A stretch of 64,000 nucleotides of DNA from positions 62,001 to 126,000 of the IMG/VR virus record IMGVR_UViG_3300032770_000001; one strand, 5' to 3'. Position numbers and translations under genes: made by a program. The notes under the pieces were generated by a model. The model ran no database searches. It saw only the letters and a list, made by a program, of their open reading frames with translations, and was not told where the DNA came from. This document shows positions 46,347 to 56,643 of this stretch, in pieces; the stretch's first letter is position 1, and every line of letters starts with the position of its first letter.

Positions 46347-47450
46347 ATGGACAACCAGAATATCCAACTTTCGCCGAAAGCGACCGAGCAGCTTGAGGGC
46401 TTGATCGATGTGGCATCTTTCCTGACCTATCCCGTCCGTCTGGTCATCAATGGCTGGCGACTATTCGCCGTCATCCTGCTGTCTTTCGTGCTCGTTGTTG
46501 GCGGCTCGATCTTCTGGTGCTTCACTGCGCACCGTTCGCACGCCGATCAGATGAGCGATTTTGCGAAGCGGCAGGATATGGCGACGGTGGACTTCACCAA
46601 GTCAGCCGGGGCGCAGGCTCCGTTCGCGATTCATGTCAAGTACATTTCCACGCTGGACGCGGCGTATGCTGGCGACGGGTGGGTCGCTGACCGTTCGGCT
46701 GATCTCTCGAAGTTCTTCTCCTATTGCAACGCGGACGCGGTGAAGGTTCGCCGCTGGAGCGACGGTTATCGCTGGATTTCAGACAAGAGCAACGTCATGA
46801 TGACGGCGTACCTAACAGGTGCGCGAAACATCGATGCCCTGCGCGTGGCACTGGCGGCAATCAAGGCTGGTGAATCAATTCCTCCGTCTCAGTCCTGCAC
46901 TGCGGTGACTGGCGATGCGGCGTTTCTCGAAGCGTACAAGAGCATCGTGATCCCGAATGCCCCGGTGATTACGTTCACGCACGTCTTTTCGTTGAAGAGC
47001 ATCAATGCGGTCTACAACGAGAACGAAACGATGAATCTGATGACGGGCATGTGCGTGGTCGGTCATTGCACGGACGCCGACTTGGTGCCTCGCAATGACT
47101 CGATCTTTATCGATTTGATTCATCCGCAAATGACGGCTGGTCAGCAGGAAGCTATCGATGCCCTGTATGCTACTGGCACGCTGGAGTTCTGGCAGGCTGC
47201 GGCTGAGGCGAACGGTATTCCGATTCGAGTTCATGCCGTCCGCGTCAGCACGTTTCAACAGGTTAACGCCCGTGATACGCGCAAAGCGACTGCCTCGTAC
47301 CTGTCGAGCGATGACCGTATGATGACAGTTTTTGAATTCGCATATATCGCCTTCGTGCTGTTCGTAGGCATCACGACCGTGGTTTATATCCGCCACAAGT
47401 ACCGTGAGTACCGAGAGCGCCGTCAGGCGGTCCGGGAAATGGCGGCGTAA
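46347..47450 (+). CDS. Membrane protein (two TM helices flanking a large domain)
   Basis: GGAGG RBS; hydrophobic segments near both termini. Confidence 0.7.
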   Translation: MDNQNIQLSPKATEQLEGLIDVASFLTYPVRLVINGWRLFAVILLSFVLVVGGSIFWCFTAHRSHADQMSDFAKRQDMATVDFTKSAGAQAPFAIHVKYISTLDAAYAGDGWVADRSADLSKFFSYCNADAVKVRRWSDGYRWISDKSNVMMTAYLTGARNIDALRVALAAIKAGESIPPSQSCTAVTGDAAFLEAYKSIVIPNAPVITFTHVFSLKSINAVYNENETMNLMTGMCVVGHCTDADLVPRNDSIFIDLIHPQMTAGQQEAIDALYATGTLEFWQAAAEANGIPIRVHAVRVSTFQQVNARDTRKATASYLSSDDRMMTVFEFAYIAFVLFVGITTVVYIRHKYREYRERRQAVREMAA

Positions 47451-47472
47451 AAAGCCATCGGATTGAGTATTG

Positions 47473-47504
47473 AACCCTATGAGGAATCCCCTCATGGGGT
47501 TTTT
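47473..47504 (+). terminator. Intrinsic terminator
   Basis: AACCCTATGAGG...CCTCATGGGGTT followed by a T-run. Confidence 0.55.
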
Positions 47505-47506
47505 GT

Positions 47507-48016
47507 TTGTACAAAATCTACCTAGCCGCGTCGTTCGAATGGATCGAGTTGATCCGGGAGTATGCCCGAATACTCCGGTCGCTTGGCTTCGTCGTTACGT
47601 CCCGCTGGCATGATGAACAGTCCTACAGCGACCCAAAGACCAATATCTCCAAGCCCGATGGCTCCACAGACCTGAGCCGGGAAGAGCAGGCATTCGGCTA
47701 CGCCTGCCGCGACATCCGCAATATTCTCGAAGCCGACACATTGATCCTGTTCACCCCCGGCACTGCGTTTATTCGCAACACCCGGCTGGCTGAGTTCGGC
47801 GGTGCCCTCTTTACTGGACGTAAATGCATCGTGATCGGTCCTGAGAACCCAGAACTTCGTGCCAATATCGACACGATTTTCGTGTTCCTGAAAAGCCTGC
47901 CCCCAGACTTGCAGGCGGCGGGGATTCAACCTGTGGAACACTTCCACAAGTGGGAAGAGTGGCTCGGAACCTTGATAGCCAGACGAACTGTAGTACAATC
48001 GGCTTGTGAGCAATAA
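47507..48016 (+). CDS. Nucleoside 2-deoxyribosyltransferase-like protein
   Basis: KIYLAAS...D...ILEADTLILF...EFGGA pattern. Confidence 0.6.
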   Translation: MYKIYLAASFEWIELIREYARILRSLGFVVTSRWHDEQSYSDPKTNISKPDGSTDLSREEQAFGYACRDIRNILEADTLILFTPGTAFIRNTRLAEFGGALFTGRKCIVIGPENPELRANIDTIFVFLKSLPPDLQAAGIQPVEHFHKWEEWLGTLIARRTVVQSACEQ

Positions 48017-48836
48017 ACTACGACCGGGCGTGCGTGTGAATGGGCAGCCGATGGTGCCGCAAATGCTCGACACGTATCCGACAACCAAGAAGGTCAATGT
48101 ACTGATCGGCGACAGTGCCGCTCAAATCCGTTTCGCTGAACGATATCTTTCCGAGGTCCACCAAAGCGATGTCACCTGTAAACTCGTTCCGATTCTAAAT
48201 GACGAGATGGTGCAGGGCGCAGATGTTGCGCTACTCTATCGCGTGGATCGTTTACGTCATCTGGAGTTGTCCTCCGGTGTGAAGTCCAAGATTGGAATTT
48301 GGTCGCTCGATCCTATCGAACGCGGCAGTTCCGGGGCGAACGCAATCATCAGGTTCGCGGCAAAACTACTCGACAAAGAGAAAATGCCGACCGCCACGAT
48401 TGAGTCTTACGGCAATGAGATGGTGAAAGAACAATCCCGGCTGAGCTACTCCGGCGAGGTCGAAGATGTCTTTGCGGCGATCTGGACTGCGATGTACCTT
48501 CTGCTCGGACCTGAGCCTGCTCCGTTCAAACCGTGGGCTCGTCCGTGGGACAATCACCTGACATGGATGCCGAAAGACGTAGACCCCTCATATCGTCTTA
48601 ACACTTTGTACCGGGAACTGGTGATCCATGTTTTTGCACGAGAGGGTGATGAATACGCTGCTCGGAAATTCGCTTCCGGTAGGTTTAAGCCCAAAGAATT
48701 CAAACACTTGAAAAACCTCAAACTACCAATTTCCAAGGTTCGAGACAGCATTCATATCTTGGGTACGTGGCAGAAAGAAAAAACGGACCCATACATTTGT
48801 GCACTCAAGATTGCCAAAATCTGGGAAAGATCGTAG
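48006..48836 (+). CDS. Hypothetical protein
   Basis: 276-aa coupled ORF. Confidence 0.6.
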   Translation: MSNKLRPGVRVNGQPMVPQMLDTYPTTKKVNVLIGDSAAQIRFAERYLSEVHQSDVTCKLVPILNDEMVQGADVALLYRVDRLRHLELSSGVKSKIGIWSLDPIERGSSGANAIIRFAAKLLDKEKMPTATIESYGNEMVKEQSRLSYSGEVEDVFAAIWTAMYLLLGPEPAPFKPWARPWDNHLTWMPKDVDPSYRLNTLYRELVIHVFAREGDEYAARKFASGRFKPKEFKHLKNLKLPISKVRDSIHILGTWQKEKTDPYICALKIAKIWERS

Positions 48837-48877
48837 TATTATATCTGAGTGGGATAACCTCCCCTATAGGAGAAAAA

Positions 48878-49537
48878 ATGAAAGCAATTCTGTCGATTTT
48901 TGCGGTTCTGGCGATTCTAGTCGGCTCCGCTTTTGCTCAGTCTGGGGCATTCGCACCTTACGTTCAAGCAGGCATCAGCGCCTCTTCGACGTTTACGGGC
49001 AACAACTCAGTGACCGCCCGTAACCCCAATTACATCGTCGGCGCTGGTATCGAATCCAGCACCAAGCACCTGTTGCTCGATGTGAACGCAAACTTCAATT
49101 CGCAGGACTATCGCACGTTCGGCATCAGCGGACTCAACAACAACAGCTACGCTGCAACCGTTACGGGCACAGGTTTCCTGAAGGTCGGCAAGCTTCTGCT
49201 TGGCGGCGGCACTTACTACAAGAACACAGTGACCACGGGCACGATCAGCAAGTTGCTCCCCGGTGCTGGTGACGTTTTCGTCCCTCTCGTGGGCGGCGGC
49301 TTCCAGTTCTCGCGTGACCGCATCACGGCTGTTTACGAACTGCCGGGTCGTTCCGCGACCAATCAGCGTACCGTGGACTTCCACAACGAAGTTTTCCTGA
49401 CCAAGAAGGGCCACCTTCGCCTGACTCAGGATGTTTCGTTGAATTCGTCCGTGGCTCAGATCACGAACAGCAATCTCAGCCTCTCTCAGCGTGTCAGCGG
49501 TGGTTCGGCTGGCGCTGGCTTGAAGCTGGTGTTCTAA
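48878..49537 (+). CDS. Outer-membrane beta-barrel protein
   Basis: AGGAG RBS, signal peptide ending AFA-Q, amphipathic strands, C-terminal GLKLVF. Confidence 0.7.
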   Translation: MKAILSIFAVLAILVGSAFAQSGAFAPYVQAGISASSTFTGNNSVTARNPNYIVGAGIESSTKHLLLDVNANFNSQDYRTFGISGLNNNSYAATVTGTGFLKVGKLLLGGGTYYKNTVTTGTISKLLPGAGDVFVPLVGGGFQFSRDRITAVYELPGRSATNQRTVDFHNEVFLTKKGHLRLTQDVSLNSSVAQITNSNLSLSQRVSGGSAGAGLKLVF

Positions 49538-49568
49538 AGGTTCCCCCGGCGATTCACTGATCGCCATC

Positions 49569-49602
49569 GCCCCCGGCCACAAACCGGGGGCATTTCTTTT
49601 TT
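49569..49602 (+). terminator. Intrinsic terminator
   Basis: GCCCCCGG-ccacaaa-CCGGGGGC followed by ATTTCTTTTTT. Confidence 0.65.
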
Positions 49603-49654
49603 CCCAATTTTTCTCGCATTTTTCGAGTATTTGATAGATGAGGGAAAAATTGGC

Positions 49655-50005
49655 ATGTCCACTGGTAAATCAAAAGCTGGTCGTGACGAATTGACTTCTC
49701 GGGTCCAGCAGACGTTGGAACTTCCCACGAAAAAGCAAGCCGAAAAGATCATCGATACGGTCATTGCGGCACTCGAAGCGACTCTTCTGAACAATCTGGA
49801 CAAGTCCGGTTTCACTCTCAAATTAAATTCGTTTGGCAAGTTCACCGTTCGCCATAAAGCGAGTATTACACGAAAGATTCCCTTCGTGAAAAACCCGGAC
49901 GGGACATTTGCCACGAAGACGACGAACGCAAAGCGCAAGGTGAAATTCGTTTCCCTCGGTGATCTGCGCAAGTCGGAAGTAGTACCTAAAACTGAGACCA
50001 AATAG
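49655..50005 (+). CDS. HU/IHF histone-like DNA-binding protein
   Basis: KKQAEKIIDTV...LNSFGKFTVRHKA...IP...VKF. Confidence 0.85.
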   Translation: MSTGKSKAGRDELTSRVQQTLELPTKKQAEKIIDTVIAALEATLLNNLDKSGFTLKLNSFGKFTVRHKASITRKIPFVKNPDGTFATKTTNAKRKVKFVSLGDLRKSEVVPKTETK

Positions 50006-50019
50006 GAGACCTGAGACCT

Positions 50020-50982
50020 GTGAACAAACTGAACTTTTCAGAAGACGAACTCGATGATGTGAAACCGCAGCAAAAGAGCACTACGCAAGCTGCTGCCGCC
50101 GCTGCCCCGGCTGAAGACCCGGTCGCCGCGCTGGAGCGTCAGCTTGCTGCTGCAAAGGCTGCCGCAGCCCACAAGCCTGCCGCTGCCGCAACACCCGCAC
50201 CAAAGGCTGCCCAACCCGCCGCTGTTGAAGATGAGTTGGATGAGAAGCCCGTCGCCTCCGGCAAGTCCGGCAAGAATGCCGTTGTCGAGGAAGAAGATAA
50301 CATGGACGTGGATTTCGGCGACGATAAACTCGCCACACGCCCGAACCAACTGCCACGCTGCCGCCCCTCCGAAAAGGGCAAGGCTGTGCGCTTCGCTCTC
50401 CTGCCGTTCATGAAGCCGAAATCGGCGAAGAATCACTTCGTCGAAATGCCCGGTAAGAAACTTACGGCCCGCTGTCTGACTCCGCAGGACGCAGATCAAG
50501 CTGGTTATTGCTGCGCCAAGCTGGGTGAGGACGGCGAGTTGCACGTAGCCGCTCTTGTCATCCGCTATCTCAATGCGGACAGCAAGAATGGTGCGTTGGA
50601 TAAGAACGTCGCCATCGATTGGGAAATTCAGTACGTCGATCTGACCCGCTCGAACTATCGTCAGGTGTCGCATCTGGTGGACGAGTTGATTGAAGACAAC
50701 CCGAACATTTCCGTGTATGACATCGATATCGTCATGCACCACGACCCAGATCGCGCCTTCGGTTATCAGTTCAAGCGCATCTCGCAAAAGGCCCGCTGGA
50801 AGATGAATCCAGAGCTTGTCAACGAGGTCAAAGCGGCGGCTGAGAAGTTCACCAAGGACGATGGCAAGATTCTGAAAGCGCGTCTCGGCAAGAAGATGAC
50901 GCTGGCGGAATGGAAGGCTCTACTCACCACGGGCGCTGCTGGCGCTGAAGAAGCCAAGCTCGACGACGTGGTTGACCTCTAA
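50020..50982 (+). CDS. Single-stranded DNA-binding protein (gp32-like)
   Basis: VRFALLP...HF...C...CC core and acidic C-terminus; located among replication genes. Confidence 0.55.
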   Translation: MNKLNFSEDELDDVKPQQKSTTQAAAAAAPAEDPVAALERQLAAAKAAAAHKPAAAATPAPKAAQPAAVEDELDEKPVASGKSGKNAVVEEEDNMDVDFGDDKLATRPNQLPRCRPSEKGKAVRFALLPFMKPKSAKNHFVEMPGKKLTARCLTPQDADQAGYCCAKLGEDGELHVAALVIRYLNADSKNGALDKNVAIDWEIQYVDLTRSNYRQVSHLVDELIEDNPNISVYDIDIVMHHDPDRAFGYQFKRISQKARWKMNPELVNEVKAAAEKFTKDDGKILKARLGKKMTLAEWKALLTTGAAGAEEAKLDDVVDL

Positions 50983-51069
50983 ACACGCACTTGTACCCCT
51001 CCGTATTTCCCGTGTTTGTGGGGCTAGGCAAAACCTAGCCCCATAGAGGTTTTAAGGGTATAATGAGAC

Positions 51070-51459
51070 ATGGAAACTCCAGAGACAGTTGGGCGATGGG
51101 TTCAGGAAGCTTTTCCTGAGTGGGCGGGGGCAAAGGGTCGCGCTCTCGCAATCGTAGAGGAAGCCATTGAATTGGCTATCGCGGCGGGACTCACCAAAGA
51201 GCAGATTCAATCTGCTGTCAATCTTTCCACCGGACAGCACGAACGTCGTATTCAAGACCCAAATTATGTAGCAGAATCGGACGAGGGCGAAGTCGCCGAT
51301 ACCATGCTGAATGTTTACGCTTACGCCTACGTGCGTGGCATTGATCTGCAAGCGGCATTGGACAAAAAGATGGCGAAGAACCGTGCCAAGCCGATTGAGC
51401 AGTACCGCGCCAAAACCAAGTTGAAAAAGAATCTCGGTCTGGCACTTGATACTTTGTAA
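51070..51459 (+). CDS. MazG-like NTP pyrophosphohydrolase
   Basis: EEAIEL...GEVAD...IDLQAALDKKMAKN. Confidence 0.75.
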   Translation: METPETVGRWVQEAFPEWAGAKGRALAIVEEAIELAIAAGLTKEQIQSAVNLSTGQHERRIQDPNYVAESDEGEVADTMLNVYAYAYVRGIDLQAALDKKMAKNRAKPIEQYRAKTKLKKNLGLALDTL

Positions 51460-52193
51460 TGCTTATCACTGGTGTTGATTTCGAAACTACTGGCAACGAC
51501 CCGGAAAAGAGTTACATCACCGAGGTCGGCATCGCCACGTGGGATACGGAATTGCACCAGCCAATTAGACTCACGGGCTACCCCGTCAATCCCGGCGTAG
51601 AGAATCTGGAATGGGACCCAGAAGTCCTAGAGAAGTTCCCCGACGCCCCCGCCCTTCTCAAGTACGGCATTCCAGACGATAAAGCTGCACGACAATTCTT
51701 CATTCACCTGCAAGCAGCGGAGATGCTGTGCGCCCACAACGGCAACAAGTTCGACAAGAAGTTCGCCAAGAAGTGGGCCGACCGCCACAACTTTGAGTTC
51801 CCCGAAACCCTCTGGATCGACACCTTCACCGATCTCCCGCTGCCGCGAGGCTACTCGCGCAAGCTTCCCTACATGCCCATCGATCATCGTCTGTATCCGA
51901 ATCCGTTTCCTCACCGAGCGGTGTTCGATGTGGTCAGCATGTTCACGGTTCTCGATCAATACCCGCTGGAGAAAGTGCTGGAATTGGCACGCAGCCCGGT
52001 GATGATCGTCAAGGCACTGGTGGGCTTTAACAACAACCAGTTAGCCAAGGATCGCGGCTATCGTGCTGAGTACAAAAACGGCAAGTTTGTGATGTGGTTT
52101 CGTGAGATGAAGGAACTCAACATCCCGGCTGAGATGGAAGCGTGCGAGGCAGCAGGATTTCAAATCGAGACTATCGGATTTGCTGATAGGTAA
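51459..52193 (+). CDS. DEDDh 3'-5' exonuclease (DnaQ-like)
   Basis: DFETTG, AHNGNKFD, WIDT and HRAVFD motifs. Confidence 0.9.
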   Translation: MLITGVDFETTGNDPEKSYITEVGIATWDTELHQPIRLTGYPVNPGVENLEWDPEVLEKFPDAPALLKYGIPDDKAARQFFIHLQAAEMLCAHNGNKFDKKFAKKWADRHNFEFPETLWIDTFTDLPLPRGYSRKLPYMPIDHRLYPNPFPHRAVFDVVSMFTVLDQYPLEKVLELARSPVMIVKALVGFNNNQLAKDRGYRAEYKNGKFVMWFREMKELNIPAEMEACEAAGFQIETIGFADR

Positions 52194-52281
52194 AATTTTC
52201 TGCATGTTACTGTACTTTTTCGACTATCAGGTGCAGTATTGATACCTATATGTGACCTACGTCACAACATGTGAGGGTTCC

Positions 52282-53751
52282 ATGAAGTTTTGCCGGGTAG
52301 CAAGTTTGCTTCTTCTGTTGGCAGGGACTATGCTCGGTCAGGCCATGCCTTCTTATCAGCCCTTTTTCTTTCCACAGGGAATTCAACAAACAACTGATCT
52401 TCTTCGTCAACGCGAGGAATACGAACACATCTTCCAAGGAACATGGGACTGCAACCAAGGCCACGGTGGGATGGATTCGACTCTCCCCGGCAGTGACAGC
52501 TACGCGGTTGTCACCGACGTTGTGAGCACGTCCAGCGTCACCGCTAACCCGACGAAGATGAAGATCATCATCGACCATGCTTACAAGATGCCGGATGGTC
52601 GTATTCGCTACACGTCCCTCTGCGGTCAATATTTCCTCACTCAGGATCAGTTGGACGGAACCATCAACGCTCTCAAGCAAATTGTGATTTCGGCTTCCGA
52701 ACGTGACAATGCCTTTTATCAGGTGGTTGCTGAGAAAGCGGTGTCCGCCCGTGCTGCAAAACTGGGACTCAAACGTGACGAACTCGTCGCTGAGTTAGAC
52801 GAGAAGGTCCCAGATTATGACATTACCTTCCGCGAGTTGCACCGTCTGCCAAAGCCCTCTAAGGCTTCTGACTTTGTGCCCCGCGAATTGCACCTTGGCT
52901 ACAACCCGCCCCTCGGCGGCATCCTCGGCGTCACGTGGCTTAACACGGGTGTGATCTATTACAACCCGAACGCTTGGATGACCGATTACGTTAACACTAT
53001 CCCCAAGATCATGCAGCACGAAATGGTGCACGGCAACATCAACTTCGAGAAGTTTCCCATGTCAGAAGCTTTTGACGTGGAGTTGATGGCGGATATGCCC
53101 ATCGTGCTTCTTTCCGAAAACACCACGGACTTCCCCACCCACGGCTATGCTACGGACATTCGTGAACTGGCGGAAATCTACTACGGCTTCGATTGGGATC
53201 AGTTCCGCTCGGACACGATCAAGTTCGATTTCGCAGGCAACATTGTCTACGATGACGCGAACTACGTCTATTACTACAAGCAGATCGATCAGATCAAGGC
53301 AGAAATGCTCAAGTTCTTCGAGGATGTAACCATCCCTGAGTTTTACTCGGACCCAGTCTGGTGGTCAGCGATGAACAACATTCGCGGCGATAACAACAGT
53401 GTGTTCCGCATGACGATGGCGTTGAAGTACAATCCGACCATTCTCGACGGTGCTGCTAAAACGCTGGACTGGTTGGAATCGCATCGCGAAGAGATCAAAG
53501 AAATCGGCGATGAAGCGTTTCAGAAAGGACTCGGCGGCGGGGGCGGCGGTATGGCTATGGATGCGACAAATATCTCGCCCTACATGATCGAGCAGTACAA
53601 TCGCATGTTCACGGCATCAGAGCGTGCACAGATTGAAGCCTTCATGCGTGACCACCCGGAGAAGCTGAAAGAGCTTCAAAAAGGGTCTCCGGCTCAGGCG
53701 TTAGAATTCCTTAGCACGTTCAAAACCAGTTCGAAGGGGATGGCGAAATGA
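52282..53751 (+). CDS. Exported protein with HExxH (zincin-like) motif
   Basis: Signal peptide; IMQHEMVH. Confidence 0.55.
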   Translation: MKFCRVASLLLLLAGTMLGQAMPSYQPFFFPQGIQQTTDLLRQREEYEHIFQGTWDCNQGHGGMDSTLPGSDSYAVVTDVVSTSSVTANPTKMKIIIDHAYKMPDGRIRYTSLCGQYFLTQDQLDGTINALKQIVISASERDNAFYQVVAEKAVSARAAKLGLKRDELVAELDEKVPDYDITFRELHRLPKPSKASDFVPRELHLGYNPPLGGILGVTWLNTGVIYYNPNAWMTDYVNTIPKIMQHEMVHGNINFEKFPMSEAFDVELMADMPIVLLSENTTDFPTHGYATDIRELAEIYYGFDWDQFRSDTIKFDFAGNIVYDDANYVYYYKQIDQIKAEMLKFFEDVTIPEFYSDPVWWSAMNNIRGDNNSVFRMTMALKYNPTILDGAAKTLDWLESHREEIKEIGDEAFQKGLGGGGGGMAMDATNISPYMIEQYNRMFTASERAQIEAFMRDHPEKLKELQKGSPAQALEFLSTFKTSSKGMAK

Positions 53752-55427
53752 AGAAGTACGCACTGTTTGCAATACTCACCGCTATTCTGTTGGGAACGGT
53801 AGGCTGCGTGCCGCCGTACCGTCAGACGTTCGATGACCGTGGTAAGGAAAAGCACTGGACTAAGAAAGAAATTCTCGCTGCTTTCGCCTACTACGACAAG
53901 ATTGGTCTGGCTCGTGAGACCAAAGAAGGCTCCGGCAACTACGTGATCCTGTATGGTAAGGTGCCGACCGCCAAGGTTGACTCCCAGATCGACACTGTGC
54001 TGATGGACCTCGATTCCTCGCTTGACCCAAACAACAAGGAAATGCGTCAGTACCTCGACACCTTCGGTCTTCGCAAAGACTTGGAGCACGAGGAAGTAGT
54101 GACTGAGGCACAGAAGTCCCGTATCCATGCCGCCGTGCTGGAGAACCAGTTCGAGCAGACCATGGGTGACAAGCAGGAATACGGTCACGAGGCGGAAATG
54201 GCTGGCGGATATAACATCCGCAAGATTTTCACGTCGAAAGACCTAAGCAGCGTGTTCCCGTTCACGTCTGATGAAATTGAGGGTGCCAAGAAAGACGGCT
54301 CTCTAAAGCCCATCGAGACATTGGAACTTGACCTGTCCAGCAAATACGACCACAAGGCTCCAGACCCGGCGCACCCGGACGATGCGGAAGCTTTCCTGTG
54401 GAAGCCAAAGAAGCTCTCCATCCGTTTGACTGACTACAAGATTCTGGTCGAAGACAGTCCGCAGGACAACAAGGGCAACTATATCGAGGGCTATCGCGTT
54501 CTCGATGGTAAGCAGGAGTCCAAGCCAGCCCTGAAGATTTTCTTCCCCAACACTGGCTACGGTGCGGTAGTTCTGATCGACACGGATCGTGAGGGCGAGG
54601 CGGGGTTCGGTATGCCGGACATCCTTCAGACCGTTGGTGGTCTGGAGAATGCTCAGGATGTGATCCGCGATGGTCGCCTGCTGGCTGTGCTCTTCCAAGA
54701 CAAGAAATCTGAGAAGCGCGTGATCCCAGAGCACCATTTGTTCAAGATCGAAATTTCTCACACCGATCAGCCGATTGATCCGTGGGAGAAGTCGCCTGAT
54801 GCTGAGGGTTGGATTGTCCCCTTCAAGTATGCTTCGATGATCGGGGATAACTTCAACATCCGTATCAAATACAAAAAGCCACAGATTAGCGGCGACAACC
54901 CCGGCTACCCTGACGGTGACCACGAGCACAGCATGTATCGTGAGATTGAGTACATCGCCAAGGAATACACCAAGGTCGGCAAACGTTACGATGCATCGGC
55001 TGGCCGTGTGATCGAATACTACCGCCCGAAGGGTGAGTTCGCCAAAAAGGTCGAAGCCACTCAAGTCGAGGAGTACAGCGAACACGAGGGTGCCAGTCCG
55101 AACGTCCGCAAGATTCGTTTTGAGTTTGAGGACGGCAACGAAATTACCGGATTGATTACCCCCGGCGAAAACAAGTTCATCGAAGACAAGCCATACGCCA
55201 AGTCCTACTGCGAGCCCTGCTCGCCGCCTGAAAAGCGTTACTGGATTGAGTCTTCTGCAAACAACGGCAAATACGACAAGCGCAAGAAGGTCTCACCGCC
55301 TAAAGAGAGCACGGGCAGCTACGGTTGGGGCGATGATTCCTATGAAGCTTCGTCACCTAGTCGCGACAACAGCAGCCAGTGGATGGATAAAAAGGAAACT
55401 CCAGCCCCGGTCCAGCCGCAGAAATAA
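53748..55427 (+). CDS. Lipoprotein
   Basis: MKKYALFAILTAILLGTVG-C lipobox. Confidence 0.7.
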   Translation: MKKYALFAILTAILLGTVGCVPPYRQTFDDRGKEKHWTKKEILAAFAYYDKIGLARETKEGSGNYVILYGKVPTAKVDSQIDTVLMDLDSSLDPNNKEMRQYLDTFGLRKDLEHEEVVTEAQKSRIHAAVLENQFEQTMGDKQEYGHEAEMAGGYNIRKIFTSKDLSSVFPFTSDEIEGAKKDGSLKPIETLELDLSSKYDHKAPDPAHPDDAEAFLWKPKKLSIRLTDYKILVEDSPQDNKGNYIEGYRVLDGKQESKPALKIFFPNTGYGAVVLIDTDREGEAGFGMPDILQTVGGLENAQDVIRDGRLLAVLFQDKKSEKRVIPEHHLFKIEISHTDQPIDPWEKSPDAEGWIVPFKYASMIGDNFNIRIKYKKPQISGDNPGYPDGDHEHSMYREIEYIAKEYTKVGKRYDASAGRVIEYYRPKGEFAKKVEATQVEEYSEHEGASPNVRKIRFEFEDGNEITGLITPGENKFIEDKPYAKSYCEPCSPPEKRYWIESSANNGKYDKRKKVSPPKESTGSYGWGDDSYEASSPSRDNSSQWMDKKETPAPVQPQK

Positions 55428-55451
55428 CCCCTGACGTTGTTACAACAGCAA

Positions 55452-55486
55452 GCCCCGGCATTTGGTACTCGCCGGGGCTCTTTTTT
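55452..55486 (+). terminator. Intrinsic terminator
   Basis: GCCCCGGC...GCCGGGGC followed by TCTTTTTT. Confidence 0.7.
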
Positions 55487-55500
55487 GCGTATTAAGTAGT

Positions 55501-55791
55501 ATGTGTGTCGGTAGCGAACATTTCAACCTATGCACCTGCGGCTGCCCTGAGAGTCTGCACCAAACCCCCGGCATCGTCGAGGAGTTGATCTTCAACAACA
55601 TGGGTTTCAGCGTTCCCGGTCGCGGTAAATGTCTTGGTCAGGTTCCTACCCATCTCGATAAAACCGCTGGGGAAATTATCCAGATGTTTAAGGATGCCGA
55701 GGCTAAGGGCGAACCAAGGCCCAGTCTTACTAAACCATGTGAGTGTCAGAAGTTTGAACAAGCGTGGAAACCCATGTGCAGGATGCCGTGA
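55501..55791 (+). CDS. Cys-rich hypothetical protein
   Basis: CTCGC...H...C...CEC. Confidence 0.5.
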   Translation: MCVGSEHFNLCTCGCPESLHQTPGIVEELIFNNMGFSVPGRGKCLGQVPTHLDKTAGEIIQMFKDAEAKGEPRPSLTKPCECQKFEQAWKPMCRMP

Positions 55792-56630
55792 TGCCGAAAG
55801 AAATTCCTCTTCGTATCCCAGAACCCATCACTGGAGTTGATGGTTGGATTATCCTCGCGATTGACCCATCGCTCAGTCGCAGTGGCTATGCCGTGATGAA
55901 AGTGCTGCGGGGTGAGAACGGCACCGTAGCGGCATGGCTGGCGGCAGGCTCGACCAAGCCCGATGCCGTCACCAACGGGCTTCACCCGGATCGCACGATC
56001 TGGATTCGCACCAAGGTTCAATCGCTGTACATCAAGAGTGTTCTGGAGCGGGAGGTATTTAAGCTACAAGCCGAGGGCATTGACACTCAAAAGATGGGGT
56101 TGATCTTTGCTCTCGAAGCTCCCCCGCCCCGTAACGATTATCTTGCTTCAATCCATCGAGCGGTGCACACAGCCTTATTCGACGGCACCTTCGTGGCAAC
56201 CAATTTCCAGCAGACCCGCGTTTTGTACATCAATGCCGCTACGTTGCGGTCACTGATGCACTTGACTCAGAAAGGTTCTCGGAATAAGGGCGAGAACATT
56301 GCCAAGGCATACGAGTTCATCAACAAGCAGGAGTATCCGGAACTGGATACCGACTCCTGTGATGCGGTGCTGGTCGCTATGACGGCCCGTTACGCAGCCT
56401 CGATAGCGATGGGCTTTTCGAATGAAGTCCCGCAGAACTTCCTCAATTCGTTCTGCAACGCTACGCAGGAAATGAAAAGTGAAGGTACCAGCCGTCAGCG
56501 GCTCGTGACCAAGGGAATATTCCATCGGAACGAGTATTGGTATATGTACGCCCGACAAGGCTACAACGTCTGCGTCAAGGACGCTACTATCCCCAAAAAG
56601 ACGTTGAGCAGAGTAGAGTTTTTCATTTAG
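55791..56630 (+). CDS. RuvC-like Holliday junction resolvase
   Basis: ILAIDPSLSRSGYAV, ALE and DSCDAV motifs. Confidence 0.75.
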   Translation: MPKEIPLRIPEPITGVDGWIILAIDPSLSRSGYAVMKVLRGENGTVAAWLAAGSTKPDAVTNGLHPDRTIWIRTKVQSLYIKSVLEREVFKLQAEGIDTQKMGLIFALEAPPPRNDYLASIHRAVHTALFDGTFVATNFQQTRVLYINAATLRSLMHLTQKGSRNKGENIAKAYEFINKQEYPELDTDSCDAVLVAMTARYAASIAMGFSNEVPQNFLNSFCNATQEMKSEGTSRQRLVTKGIFHRNEYWYMYARQGYNVCVKDATIPKKTLSRVEFFI

Positions 56631-56643
56631 GTTCGGAGGGAAC

